Below, piece by piece: positions 1 through 9,116 of a stretch of 32,000 bases of DNA; position 1 is the first letter of the stretch; each line of letters begins with the position of its first letter. Source of the DNA: Candidatus Jordarchaeales archaeon (GTDB taxonomy: Archaea > Asgardarchaeota > Jordiarchaeia > Jordiarchaeales > Freyrarchaeaceae); the NCBI GenBank assembly GCA_038858525.1, contig JAWCFL010000015.1, positions 1-32,000 on the forward strand. Direction: 5' to 3'. A program made the translations under genes and the position numbers. The notes beneath the pieces are model-generated. The model saw only the letters and a list, made by a program, of their open reading frames with translations. It ran no database searches and had not been told where the DNA came from.

Positions 1-2
1 GC

Positions 3-173
3 GATATAGATATCTTGATCGTACTACCAGAAAAGGTTGAGAAGAAAAATCTCTACGTAAAGATCCTTACTAAAGCGATGGACAAATATGGCTTGCCATT
101 GGACGCTCCAGTAGAGCTCCACATAACAACTAGGGAAGAAGCAGGACACCATGTTAAATCAAAAATAATCTAG
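3..173 (+). CDS. Minimal nucleotidyltransferase (MNT), 3' part; 5' end outside the window
   Basis: Manual translation of frame 3: DIDILIVLPEKVEKKNLYVKILTKAMDKYGLPLDAPVELHITTREEAGHHVKSKII*. It has the (S)DIDILIV and xELHITT motifs of archaeal MNTs. Confidence 0.7.
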   Translation, partial: DIDILIVLPEKVEKKNLYVKILTKAMDKYGLPLDAPVELHITTREEAGHHVKSKII

Positions 174-201
174 ATTAAATAATCATAATCATAATCATGG
201 T

Positions 202-1737
202 CTACTTGTTAAGCTCCCTGTACATCTTCTTGAGCTTCTTGTACACCAGCTTGAACTTTAGATAGAGTTCATCGTATATTTCCCTGTTTGCCTGGTTCGG
301 CTCGAACTCCCTCTTGGCTGGAACGATTTTTTCCAGCTCGTCGAAGCTCTTATAGTAGCCTAACGCCACGGAAGCGGTGAGAGCTGCGCCGCGAGACCCG
401 GCTTCCAGCGGGTCTTTCATTTGTCTCACCACAGACCCTGTAACGTCCGCTATTATCTGGCACCATAAGTCGCTCTGGGCTCCGCCTCCGATGATGTTGA
501 TCGAAGGAACTCTGCCGATGAGCTTCTGCACCCCCTCAAGAATCCACCGCATGTGGTACGCTACCCCTTCAAGTATCGCTCTCAAAACATGTGCCTCGCC
601 ATGTGTCAAGCTCAAATTTATGAAGCCGCCCCTAACAGTGTGATCGTTAAGAGGCGAGCGCTCACCATACATCCATGGAGTAAAGATCAGCTTCTTCGAC
701 CCAGGCTCAGCCTCCGCCGCAATTCTGTCCATGACTTTGTAAGCATTCAGCCCCTCCTTTTCAGCCTCAACCATGTACTTGTAGCCCAAGTTGTTTCTGA
801 GCCACTGGTAGCAGGCGCCCGAGCATTCCTGTTCGCCAACCAAAATGTACTTTGTCGGGTCAGCACTGCAAATCGAACCGATATAGTACCTTATGCTCAG
901 CTTTCTGTCTCTTATGGGAGCCACAACCCAGCTGCTCGTCCCTATATATGCGTGAACCTGCTTCTCCCTCACAGCGCCACTCCCAACAGTAGCAGCAGTG
1001 ATATCTCCGCAGCCGCAGACCACCGGCGTCCCCTCCTTGAGTCCGAGGTCCCTGGCGGCTTCAGCAGTCAGCTCGCCAACTATAGTCGGCGACGGAACAG
1101 GCTCGCAAAGCTTCTCCAAAGGTATTCCTGCCTTCCCACATATCGACTCAGACCACTTCATCTTCCCCTTCCTGCTATCGAACATCCAAGTTACATTGGC
1201 ACAGTCCCACGAAGTATAGTACTTCCCCGTGAGCCTAAAGACCAGGTAGTCCTTCGCGTCTAGGAACTTGTACGCCTTTTCGAATACGTGCGGCTCGTTC
1301 TCCTTAAGCCAAACGATTTTCGATATCACATCCTTGGGACCAGGAGCGCCTCCCGTTATCCTTATGAACGTAAGGAGCATTGAGAGAATGTTGCCCGCCA
1401 GCCGCTTAGCTTGCTCCTCCGCCCTGTTGTCAAGCCATATTATTGCAGGCCTAAGCGGCTCCCCATTTCGGTCGATGGGCACCAGTCCGGCCATCTGCGC
1501 CGAAATAGAGACCGCCTCAACATCCTTCACCTTAACCTTGGCAGCCTCAACAGCCTCCCTCGTCGATTTAGAAACTGCAGCCCACCATTCTTTGGGGTTC
1601 TGCTCCGCCCACCCGGGCTGAGGATGGTAAAGCTCATAGCCCGCAACAGCAGAGCCGACAACCTCACCCTCAGTTGTACACACAACACTCTTCACACTAC
1701 TCGTCCCAAAATCCCAAGCAACTACGAAACCAGCCAT
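202..1737 (-). CDS. xylB: FGGY-family carbohydrate kinase, xylulokinase-like (substrate not proven)
   Basis: 511 aa. Motifs DFGTSSVK, EQNPKEWW, SISAQMAG, PAIIWLDNRA, GCGDITAATVGSG, YIGTS, FTPWMYGERSP, LRAILEGVAY, GGGAQSDLWCQIIADV. Upstream GGAGGG RBS. Confidence 0.9.
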   Translation of the reverse strand: MAGFVVAWDFGTSSVKSVVCTTEGEVVGSAVAGYELYHPQPGWAEQNPKEWWAAVSKSTREAVEAAKVKVKDVEAVSISAQMAGLVPIDRNGEPLRPAIIWLDNRAEEQAKRLAGNILSMLLTFIRITGGAPGPKDVISKIVWLKENEPHVFEKAYKFLDAKDYLVFRLTGKYYTSWDCANVTWMFDSRKGKMKWSESICGKAGIPLEKLCEPVPSPTIVGELTAEAARDLGLKEGTPVVCGCGDITAATVGSGAVREKQVHAYIGTSSWVVAPIRDRKLSIRYYIGSICSADPTKYILVGEQECSGACYQWLRNNLGYKYMVEAEKEGLNAYKVMDRIAAEAEPGSKKLIFTPWMYGERSPLNDHTVRGGFINLSLTHGEAHVLRAILEGVAYHMRWILEGVQKLIGRVPSINIIGGGAQSDLWCQIIADVTGSVVRQMKDPLEAGSRGAALTASVALGYYKSFDELEKIVPAKREFEPNQANREIYDELYLKFKLVYKKLKKMYRELNK

Positions 1738-2567
1738 CTAAAAACCCTCCGAAAAACAAATTCGGATAACGAATAATTTTTTATTGCTGAAGAACAATAA
1801 AAAGATTCCTCAAGAGGACCGTGAACCGCCGAATCACTCAAAGCCACAAAATATCACTCTCCTCATTTAGTTTCTTAGACTTGGAAACAGCTCTTCACAG
1901 CCCTCAAACAGTAATCTTTCTCTCCTCAGCTAATAGCTGAACAGCATAAAACCACTAAACCGAGCCATCAGTCCAGCAGCCCTTACCTACAGAACCCATG
2001 AAGCTGGCTAAGGAAATGGCGCTAGAAAAAGTCAGAAAGGCTATAAAAGAGAGGAGACAGCTTCAAGCGGAAAAACTCGAGAAAATCGTTAGAAAGAAGT
2101 TCGAAACGTAAACTTTCCCGTTTCTATCAGCCTCTTCAACTCCCTCTTTTCATCTCCAAATTTCATGGCTCTCCTGGCCACGTCCATGCTCCTACCGTCA
2201 GCCAAAGCGATGCCACTAAGAGCAGACTCTGACGCTAGGCAGGCTATTTGGATGATGCGTCCTCCAAGGATGCTGCGGCTAGTGGAGGAGCCTAAAGTTG
2301 AGGACGTGGCCTTAGATGTTTGGAGGACTGCTTGTAAGCTTTTTGAGCTTCAAAGTACTGCTTTTAATTTCATCCATTCGAGGCATTTGCGGCACAATAA
2401 GCTGCCTCATTTTCGGAAATGACTTAAAGCATGAGAAGCTCAGAAACGGAGGCTGAGTAGTGTGGCATTTAGATGTTTTTATGTTAAGTGTGGAGTATTA
2501 ATGATAAATGTTAAAATGATGAATGGAAATACATAATTTTGATGATTGATGGTTCATTGGTGGGGTT

Positions 2568-4475
2568 TTGATGGTAATAGGGTGCATGTTGCTCAGTATT
2601 GGCGGAGTACCCATAGTTACCAGTATTGTTACGAACGTTTTTGGGGACATGGAGTCCTTATTCGCAGGGGCTATGAGCGCCATAAATAGCGTGATATCGG
2701 AGGTCATGAAGACGAGGGTTAGGTATGTGAGGACGGAGAGATATTACTTGTACTTCAGTTACTCTGGTGAGTTTATGCTTGTGCTCATCTCCGAAGTGGA
2801 GGACCCAAGGCTAAACCAGCTGGCTGACGCCGTGCTGAGTGAAGTGTTAAAGGTGGTTAAAGATTATGATCCTTCGAGTCTCATGTACAACCTTGAAATG
2901 CAGAAGCTTATAGAGAATGTGATTAAAGATAGTCTTACCAAGCATTTGCCCTCAATCTCCAGTGTCACCAAGGTTGCAGATATGCTGATCGCGTCGGCAG
3001 AAAGTTTTAGAGGAAGTATGAAGCTGGGACTGGGTAAAATAATATTTCTTCCCGAAGAGTTGAAGGCGGAGAAAATCGACGTGAAGGTTAAGGGGGAGGA
3101 GGACGTTAAGGAGCTCGTCAACTCGTTCTTAGATGGGGACTTTGAGCGTGCCGCAAGTGAAACGCCGGCACTTTTCAAGTCGGATCTGGCGAGGATCCTT
3201 TACGCTAAGGCGGCGTTAAAAATGAACTCTTTCCCGCCTGATGCGAAGGCTCCACCCCTAAGCAGGGTATACTCTGTTATAATGAGCGTGGAGGACAGCT
3301 TAGCGAGGAAACTCCTCATGGCGGAGCTGAGGAGGTTTCTGGAGGCCGGGACGTATTATGAAAGGGAGAAGTTGATTGATGAAAACCTATTCGAGCTAAT
3401 AGAAAAGATTAAGGCGGTTCACAGCGACGCTGGAGCGGTTTACATGGCTTTGGCCTTACCGACTGGGAGAAGAGAGATAATAGAAGTGGTTGAGCCACTT
3501 ATCGGAGAGAAACACCAACACGTTAGGCACGCTTTGAAGGCTACCCTCTCCATCCTGAAGACATCCATCCTGAGACTGGAGGAGTTTGAGAAGCCAAGCG
3601 CCGCCGTTGGCAGGATAAAGTACGAGCTGAGCAACGTGCCGCCGGGACTTGCGGAGGCATCCTACAACTACTTATTAGCGTTTCAGTTCGCCACACTGAG
3701 TAACCTGATGGAAAAAGACATGGACTTTGATGCTGGCCGTGAGTTGCTCAGCGACACTATTAAGGAGGTGGAGAAAAGGTATGATTCTCTAAGGAAGCTG
3801 TCTAGGAACGTTCCCTGCGACGTGCTGGCGGCAAACTACTGGTTCACTTACAACGCCCTTACAGGTATGTTGGTGTTCACTCTCCACGCCGAGGAAGTGG
3901 AGAAGGAGGCGTTAAAGTGCGGGAAGAAGGTGGCTGGGACGATAAGGTGGCTTATGGATGTGGCTAGGAGGAACAGGATCTCGGTTGACATGTACATTTT
4001 GGCGATGGCCGGTATGCTGGCGGCCTACTCCCGACTAATGTTTCTCCTAGGAACCCCAATTCTAGACGTGGCATACTATGTTAAGCAGCTAGCCCTCCCC
4101 GAGCTGGAAAACTTATGGGATTACTCTCCTCACCATTACCTGCACGTGGTCATAGACTGTCTTGAAGCATTAGGATACACGGCAAGCTTCCTCCCCGCGG
4201 AGGCTGCAAGAAGAAGTATACTGGAGGGGGTGGCACTAGGTTTAGAGGAGATACAAAGGAGAACCAGAGACATACCGGTAATATCCATGCCGGTAGCACT
4301 AAACGCCATAAGGTTCTACGTCCTGTGCGGAGAAGAGAAAGCGAAGGAGAAGGCGAGAAAGCTCGCGGAGGAAACTTCAAATGTCAACAAGTTCCTTGCA
4401 TCGCTCGCAATGAGATCCTTGAACATCGATAAAGCCCCAAAAAAGAAACTAGCCCCATACGACGTATTCACGTAG
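2568..4475 (+). CDS. Protein with an N-terminal longin-like domain and a long alpha-helical (solenoid/TPR-like) C-terminal region
   Basis: 635-aa ORF. The first ~125 aa follow the longin beta-beta-alpha-beta-beta-beta-alpha-alpha pattern (GCMLLSIGGVPIV...LFAGAMSAINSVISEV...VRYVRTERYYLYFSYSGEFMLVLISEVED...LADAVLSEV). The rest is amphipathic-helical with no catalytic motif. Fold call is by pattern recognition. Confidence 0.6.
   Translation: MMVIGCMLLSIGGVPIVTSIVTNVFGDMESLFAGAMSAINSVISEVMKTRVRYVRTERYYLYFSYSGEFMLVLISEVEDPRLNQLADAVLSEVLKVVKDYDPSSLMYNLEMQKLIENVIKDSLTKHLPSISSVTKVADMLIASAESFRGSMKLGLGKIIFLPEELKAEKIDVKVKGEEDVKELVNSFLDGDFERAASETPALFKSDLARILYAKAALKMNSFPPDAKAPPLSRVYSVIMSVEDSLARKLLMAELRRFLEAGTYYEREKLIDENLFELIEKIKAVHSDAGAVYMALALPTGRREIIEVVEPLIGEKHQHVRHALKATLSILKTSILRLEEFEKPSAAVGRIKYELSNVPPGLAEASYNYLLAFQFATLSNLMEKDMDFDAGRELLSDTIKEVEKRYDSLRKLSRNVPCDVLAANYWFTYNALTGMLVFTLHAEEVEKEALKCGKKVAGTIRWLMDVARRNRISVDMYILAMAGMLAAYSRLMFLLGTPILDVAYYVKQLALPELENLWDYSPHHYLHVVIDCLEALGYTASFLPAEAARRSILEGVALGLEEIQRRTRDIPVISMPVALNAIRFYVLCGEEKAKEKARKLAEETSNVNKFLASLAMRSLNIDKAPKKKLAPYDVFT
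4216..4435 (+). repeat. 220-bp exact direct repeat, copy A (copy B at 6256-6475)
   Basis: Line-by-line identity from gtatactggaggggg to catcgataaagc at an offset of exactly 2040 bp. Confidence 0.95.
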
Positions 4476-4585
4476 AAAGATACATCTGAAAATGCGTTTA
4501 AGCCTATTGAGATGTTACCCACGCACACAATAACAGACACTTTTTTAAGCAAATTATCCCCCATATTCAGGATTAGGTGGGAATA

Positions 4586-5545
4586 GTGAATCCGAAAAGT
4601 TACGCCGCACTCTTCACAGTTGTTGTATTCGTCCTAGCATTCGTCTACGCTACCTACACTATTCCAACAGAGATTGCTCTTGGAGCCATCCCCAACACCG
4701 TTGACCCCAGGCTATGGGTCTTCTCTCTCACCTATGGCGTAACTGCTGCAGTGGTGGCTATTTTGGCGCTGCTTGCCTACAGGGCTTCGAGGCCGCTGGT
4801 TGGAGCAGGAAGGCACGTAATGGAGTACTTCGCCCTAGCGCTAGTTTTCTACATGTTGGGCGCTGCAGCCACGTCTATCGGGCTAGGATCCTTTATAGCC
4901 ACAGGCATGTCGTTCAACCCGGCTGTCTGGTATGTGCCCTCCTTCGCTCACTGTGCCCCTATGGCAGTGATGTTTGCAGGCATAGCGCCGTACTTCATGC
5001 TTAAGTTCAGCTACTGGATGGCTGAGCAGAAGGACCCAGGAAGGGTTAGGGAGGCCTCCGTGCTGGCACCGCTCTCCATCCTCCTACTCGTAACAGTGTC
5101 ACCTATGAACTGGTTCGGAATGCACGCCCCAAGATTTAGCCTGCTGGACATGCAGCTGAAAGCGTACCTGCTTGGAATACTAGACCCCTGCCCCAGCCTT
5201 AGCTTGGAAGTCTACCCCGACATAGGAATCTTTTCAGATGGCTTACTGCTGCTGATCAACCTAGTTGCGATAACACAAGTAATCATTTTCCTACGCGGCA
5301 AGGCATCGAGCGAGAAAGACCCTGTTAGGGCTACCAGGATCAAAACCGTTGTTTTAGGTATCATCATGCTACTTGTGTTCTTCCTCTTCAACGTATTCGA
5401 CACCCTAGCAGGAGGCTTAACGGTATTATTGTTAATCGGCTTCGTATTCATGATAACGGCAGTAGTACTATTATACCTCGGAGTAGTAACCCCCGAATGG
5501 TACGCTTCATGGCTCCAAAAAAGAGCAAAAAGAGCAAAGAGCTAA
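4586..5545 (+). CDS. Polytopic membrane protein, ~8 TM (7TM-like core plus an N-terminal helix), copy 1
   Basis: Eight hydrophobic segments and a basic C-tail YLGVVTPEWYASWLQKR. The start is probably GTG 4586 (GGTGGG upstream; VNPKSY aligns with MEPKGY of the paralog) rather than 4577 as in the ORF track. Confidence 0.8.
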   Translation: MNPKSYAALFTVVVFVLAFVYATYTIPTEIALGAIPNTVDPRLWVFSLTYGVTAAVVAILALLAYRASRPLVGAGRHVMEYFALALVFYMLGAAATSIGLGSFIATGMSFNPAVWYVPSFAHCAPMAVMFAGIAPYFMLKFSYWMAEQKDPGRVREASVLAPLSILLLVTVSPMNWFGMHAPRFSLLDMQLKAYLLGILDPCPSLSLEVYPDIGIFSDGLLLLINLVAITQVIIFLRGKASSEKDPVRATRIKTVVLGIIMLLVFFLFNVFDTLAGGLTVLLLIGFVFMITAVVLLYLGVVTPEWYASWLQKRAKRAKS

Positions 5546-5715
5546 AGAAGAGCTAAAACGACAAAGGGACACGTTGCTTAGCATACTAGAAAGCACCGAA
5601 TACAACCTTCATTTATTAATCCAGCTAAACAATCCAAGATTTCCCAAAATGTTCATGTAAAAAGTTAATAATTCAAGCATGAAGTATTATCCTAGATTTT
5701 GGGTTGGATGCTCAA

Positions 5716-6500
5716 AGCGTGATATTATAGGTTATGAAGACGAAGTAGGTATGTGAAGACGGAAGTACCACTTTATACTTCAATCACTCTGATGAGTTGA
5801 CACTTGTGCTTATTTCTGAGGTGGAGGACACCAGACTATACCAGCTGGCTAACACCATCTGGGTGAAGTGTTGAGGATGACTGATGACCATTTGAGGTTA
5901 TTGTATGATTTTGAAGCGCATAGGCGAGATGATCAGGGAGAGCCCTGCTAGGCGTTTACCTTCAATTTCCATCGTCAGTAAGGTCGCGGATATGCTATCC
6001 GCATTGGCGGATATTATTAGGGGAGGGTGTAAGGCTGGGACTAGGCAGAATAATTTTTCTTCCCGGGAGAGTTAAAGGCAGGGAGAGTTGAAGCAAAGGC
6101 TGAGGGTAAGGAGGACATTAATGGGCTCATCAATCGTTCTTGAATGGAGACTTTAAGAGTGTTGTTAAAGAGAAGCCGTCTTTTTTCGAGTCAGATCTGG
6201 CAAGGATCCTTTACGCCAAAGCAGCTTTGAAGATGAATTCATTTCCGCCAGAGGTGTATACTGGAGGGGGTGGCACTAGGTTTAGAGGAGATACAAAGGA
6301 GAACCAGAGACATACCGGTAATATCCATGCCGGTAGCACTAAACGCCATAAGGTTCTACGTCCTGTGCGGAGAAGAGAAAGCGAAGGAGAAGGCGAGAAA
6401 GCTCGCGGAGGAAACTTCAAATGTCAACAAGTTCCTTGCATCGCTCGCAATGAGATCCTTGAACATCGATAAAGCATTGAGAAAGAGGCTAACTCAATAG
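5716..6500 (+). pseudogene. Decayed, internally deleted second copy of the longin/helical gene
   Basis: 5716-6250 aligns by eye with 2688-3239, with substitutions and frameshifts (e.g. LARILYAKAALKMNSFP retained). It is joined directly to 6256-6475, which is identical to 4216-4435. About 976 bp (3240-4215 equivalent) are missing. Confidence 0.85.
6256..6475 (+). repeat. 220-bp exact direct repeat, copy B
   Basis: Identical to 4216-4435. Confidence 0.95.
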
Positions 6501-6603
6501 GATATGTTCGCATAGGTAGAGACGAAAAGTATATCTCAAAAGTAATATAAATATCTGGAAGTGCATTTCGCACGCATCATATAACAGGTTGAGGAGGCTG
6601 ACT

Positions 6604-7563
6604 ATGGAGCCGAAAGGTTACTCTACTCTCTTCACCTTTGTGGTCCTCGCGTTTGCATTAATCTATGCTCTTTACACCATTCCAATGCAGATTGCCCTTG
6701 GAGCTATCCCTTACCTTGTCGACACAAGAATATTGGTCTCATTTTTCGCCTATGGAGGGATTACTGGGGCTGCGGCGTTTTTAACGCTGACCGCCTACAG
6801 GGCTTCGAGGCCGCTGGTTGGAGCAGGAAGACGCGTAATAGAGTATTTCACTATAGCACTAGCTTTTTACATGATGAGCACTGCGGCCATGACTCTCGGG
6901 CTAGGATTATTTATAGCCACAGGCATATCGTTCAGTCTAACTTGGTACGGGCTCATTTACCCATATTGCATTCCTATGGCAATGATGTTTGCGGGTATTT
7001 CGCCGTACTTCATGCTCAAGTTCAGCTACTGGATGGCTGAGCAGAAGGACCCAGGAAGGGTTAGGGAGGCCTCCGTGCTGGCACCGCTCTCCATCCTCCT
7101 GCCAGTAATGGTGCTTCCTCTAAACTGGTTTGGAGGCTACCCTCCAGTGTTCAGTCTATTGGACATGAATCTGAAAATATACCTGCTCGGACTCGGAATA
7201 CCATACCCTATCCTCAATATAGGCGTGAAAATCTATCCGGACATAAGGCTCTTCTCAAACGGCTTACTACTGCTAGTCAACCTAGTAGCGGTAACACAGA
7301 TAATCGCGTTTCTGTACCGTAAGGCAATGGAAGAAACTGATCACGTTAAGGCCGCTAGGCTCAAAACAGTACTCTACGGCTTCCTATCAATAGTAGGATT
7401 CTTCGCCTGCTACACACTCGACGCCATTATAGGAGGGGGCTTTACTATCCTGATGTTCATTGGTTTTGCCCTTTTGCTGACAGCGATTATATTATTATAC
7501 CTCGGAGTGGTGGCCCCCGAATGGTACGCCTCATGGCTCCAAAAAAGGAGGACGAAAACTTAA
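6604..7563 (+). CDS. Polytopic membrane protein, ~8 TM, paralog of 4586-5545 (copy 2)
   Basis: Colinear with copy 1 (AYRASRPLVGAGR, KFSYWMAEQKDPGRVREASVLAPLSILL, YLGVVxPEWYASWLQKR shared). GAGGAGG RBS at 6591-6597 supports ATG 6604. Confidence 0.85.
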   Translation: MEPKGYSTLFTFVVLAFALIYALYTIPMQIALGAIPYLVDTRILVSFFAYGGITGAAAFLTLTAYRASRPLVGAGRRVIEYFTIALAFYMMSTAAMTLGLGLFIATGISFSLTWYGLIYPYCIPMAMMFAGISPYFMLKFSYWMAEQKDPGRVREASVLAPLSILLPVMVLPLNWFGGYPPVFSLLDMNLKIYLLGLGIPYPILNIGVKIYPDIRLFSNGLLLLVNLVAVTQIIAFLYRKAMEETDHVKAARLKTVLYGFLSIVGFFACYTLDAIIGGGFTILMFIGFALLLTAIILLYLGVVAPEWYASWLQKRRTKT

Positions 7564-7841
7564 ACCAGCCGGAAGAAGCATATGCTCAGCAGGACTAAAA
7601 AGCACCGAACACAACAACCCTCCATTTTTTTAACAGCTAAAAAATAGGCTTCCTTATGCAACAAAGCAGTTGTATCCTCAATTTACGTAAAGTTCTAAAA
7701 TAAGTCTTATTAATGAAGTCATTCCAATAAACTTTAATATTTATCGTTAAGTAATTCTAATCGTTTTGTGGGTTCCACGCAACAATAACACAAATTTTTT
7801 ATTATTTCAACCTTTCATTTAGTTTAGAGTGGTCAGGAATA

Positions 7842-9116
7842 ATGGAGGTCACTCCTTTGTTTGACCGCGGTTTGGTTAAAACAACATCTATTTTTGTCAG
7901 TGTAATGCTAGGTGTTGTTCATCCTGTTTTTTGCTTCTTAACTTGTAAGCGCCAATTTGTTGAAACAATTTCTTTCTCGGGTTTAGCGTTTGCTACTTTA
8001 TTTGGCATCGGTGTTCTTTCAGGACTCCTATTATGGGTCTGGTTAGGTAGAGAACTGGGGTATAAGGCTCTCGGCATTCCTGAATCTGAGAAAAGACCAA
8101 CTAAAAGGATTGTCCTTGCATGGTCCCTAGTTGTTCCCGCCTCGCTTCTCGTAGCGACACCAACTCTAATCCTGCTAATTATTTTATATATAACTGGTTT
8201 ACTCGAACTTTTCCCCGTAACGTTTCTCATAATCTTCACGGTTATACTCGGTTTCTTTATAATATGGATCCTAATGAACAATGTCCAGTTCAGAGAAGCC
8301 ATTGAGATTTACCCAAAGCCATCCATAATGCTCACTATGCTCGGATTATTTATTACGGCATTAATCGCAGTTCTCTACTTTATTTATGTTTCAATCAACA
8401 TGTGGCAAAATAACCTTCGAATTCTATTCCTTACCTTGCCATCAATATGGCTCATGCTCATTAAAGCGATCCCTATCTTAAATTTACCCGAAGCCGAGTC
8501 GATTACACTTTCCTCGGGAATGCTTCTACTTATATACGTCGTTGCCGGCGCTATAGCCTTCATATTTTATGCTTTTAAGTATGCTAAAGAAAAAGGAACT
8601 TTTGAAGGTTCAATTATTGTTATGAAAGCGGGCGGAGATAGGGAAGTTAAGTGGGAAGAATTAAAGAGAGAGTTTTCAAGTCTAAGAGGAAAAGTTTTGG
8701 CCAGTTTACCTTACTTAGATGAAACTTCAGTAGAAATTCTTAAAGAGATCCCCAAAAATACGGAGGTACGTATTATTACAGGCGTGGTGGACAGTAAGTT
8801 TAGAAAAAAGATACAGGAACTAGAACGAGAAGGATTAAAAATAATTAAAATAAGTAGAAAGGGAGAAGAAAGCCCTGTGATCCATGACAGAATAGTGGTA
8901 GCTGATAATAAAATCCTAATTCTAGGAACAGACATTAAAAAATCAAGTCTCAGTAAAGGTACATTAATTTTAAGTCTTCGAACCAACATGCTCGAAAAAG
9001 TAGAGGAGTTGATTGGATTTTTAGAGGAGTATTGGAAAAAAAAAGATTATGAATTAGAAAAGGAGGACAACGCGAACAAAGAAACAATATATCCGGTAGG
9101 AACGAAAAAGGAATAA
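7842..9116 (+). CDS. Multi-TM protein with a C-terminal PLD-like (HDR variant) domain
   Basis: 424 aa. About 6-7 hydrophobic helices in aa 15-245, then LPYLD...EVRIITG...IHDRIVVADNKILILGTDIK, a single PLD-type HxK(x4)D-like motif with R in place of K. A sampled line has 33% G+C. Confidence 0.7.
   Translation: MEVTPLFDRGLVKTTSIFVSVMLGVVHPVFCFLTCKRQFVETISFSGLAFATLFGIGVLSGLLLWVWLGRELGYKALGIPESEKRPTKRIVLAWSLVVPASLLVATPTLILLIILYITGLLELFPVTFLIIFTVILGFFIIWILMNNVQFREAIEIYPKPSIMLTMLGLFITALIAVLYFIYVSINMWQNNLRILFLTLPSIWLMLIKAIPILNLPEAESITLSSGMLLLIYVVAGAIAFIFYAFKYAKEKGTFEGSIIVMKAGGDREVKWEELKREFSSLRGKVLASLPYLDETSVEILKEIPKNTEVRIITGVVDSKFRKKIQELEREGLKIIKISRKGEESPVIHDRIVVADNKILILGTDIKKSSLSKGTLILSLRTNMLEKVEELIGFLEEYWKKKDYELEKEDNANKETIYPVGTKKE

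Noticed and set aside
180-198. (TAATCA)x3 microsatellite
   Set aside because: Too short to interpret; lies between convergent stops.
377-1776. Plus-strand ORFs (88, 236, 73, 117, 121 aa) overlapping the kinase
   Set aside because: Antisense shadows of a well-supported gene with no motifs. The same applies to shadow ORFs inside the longin, MTase, helicase, activase and GRE genes.
1998-2422. Short ORFs (37 aa at 1998-2111, 85 aa at 2165-2422, and an open minus-strand frame)
   Set aside because: No recognisable family or start signals; probably decayed fragments.
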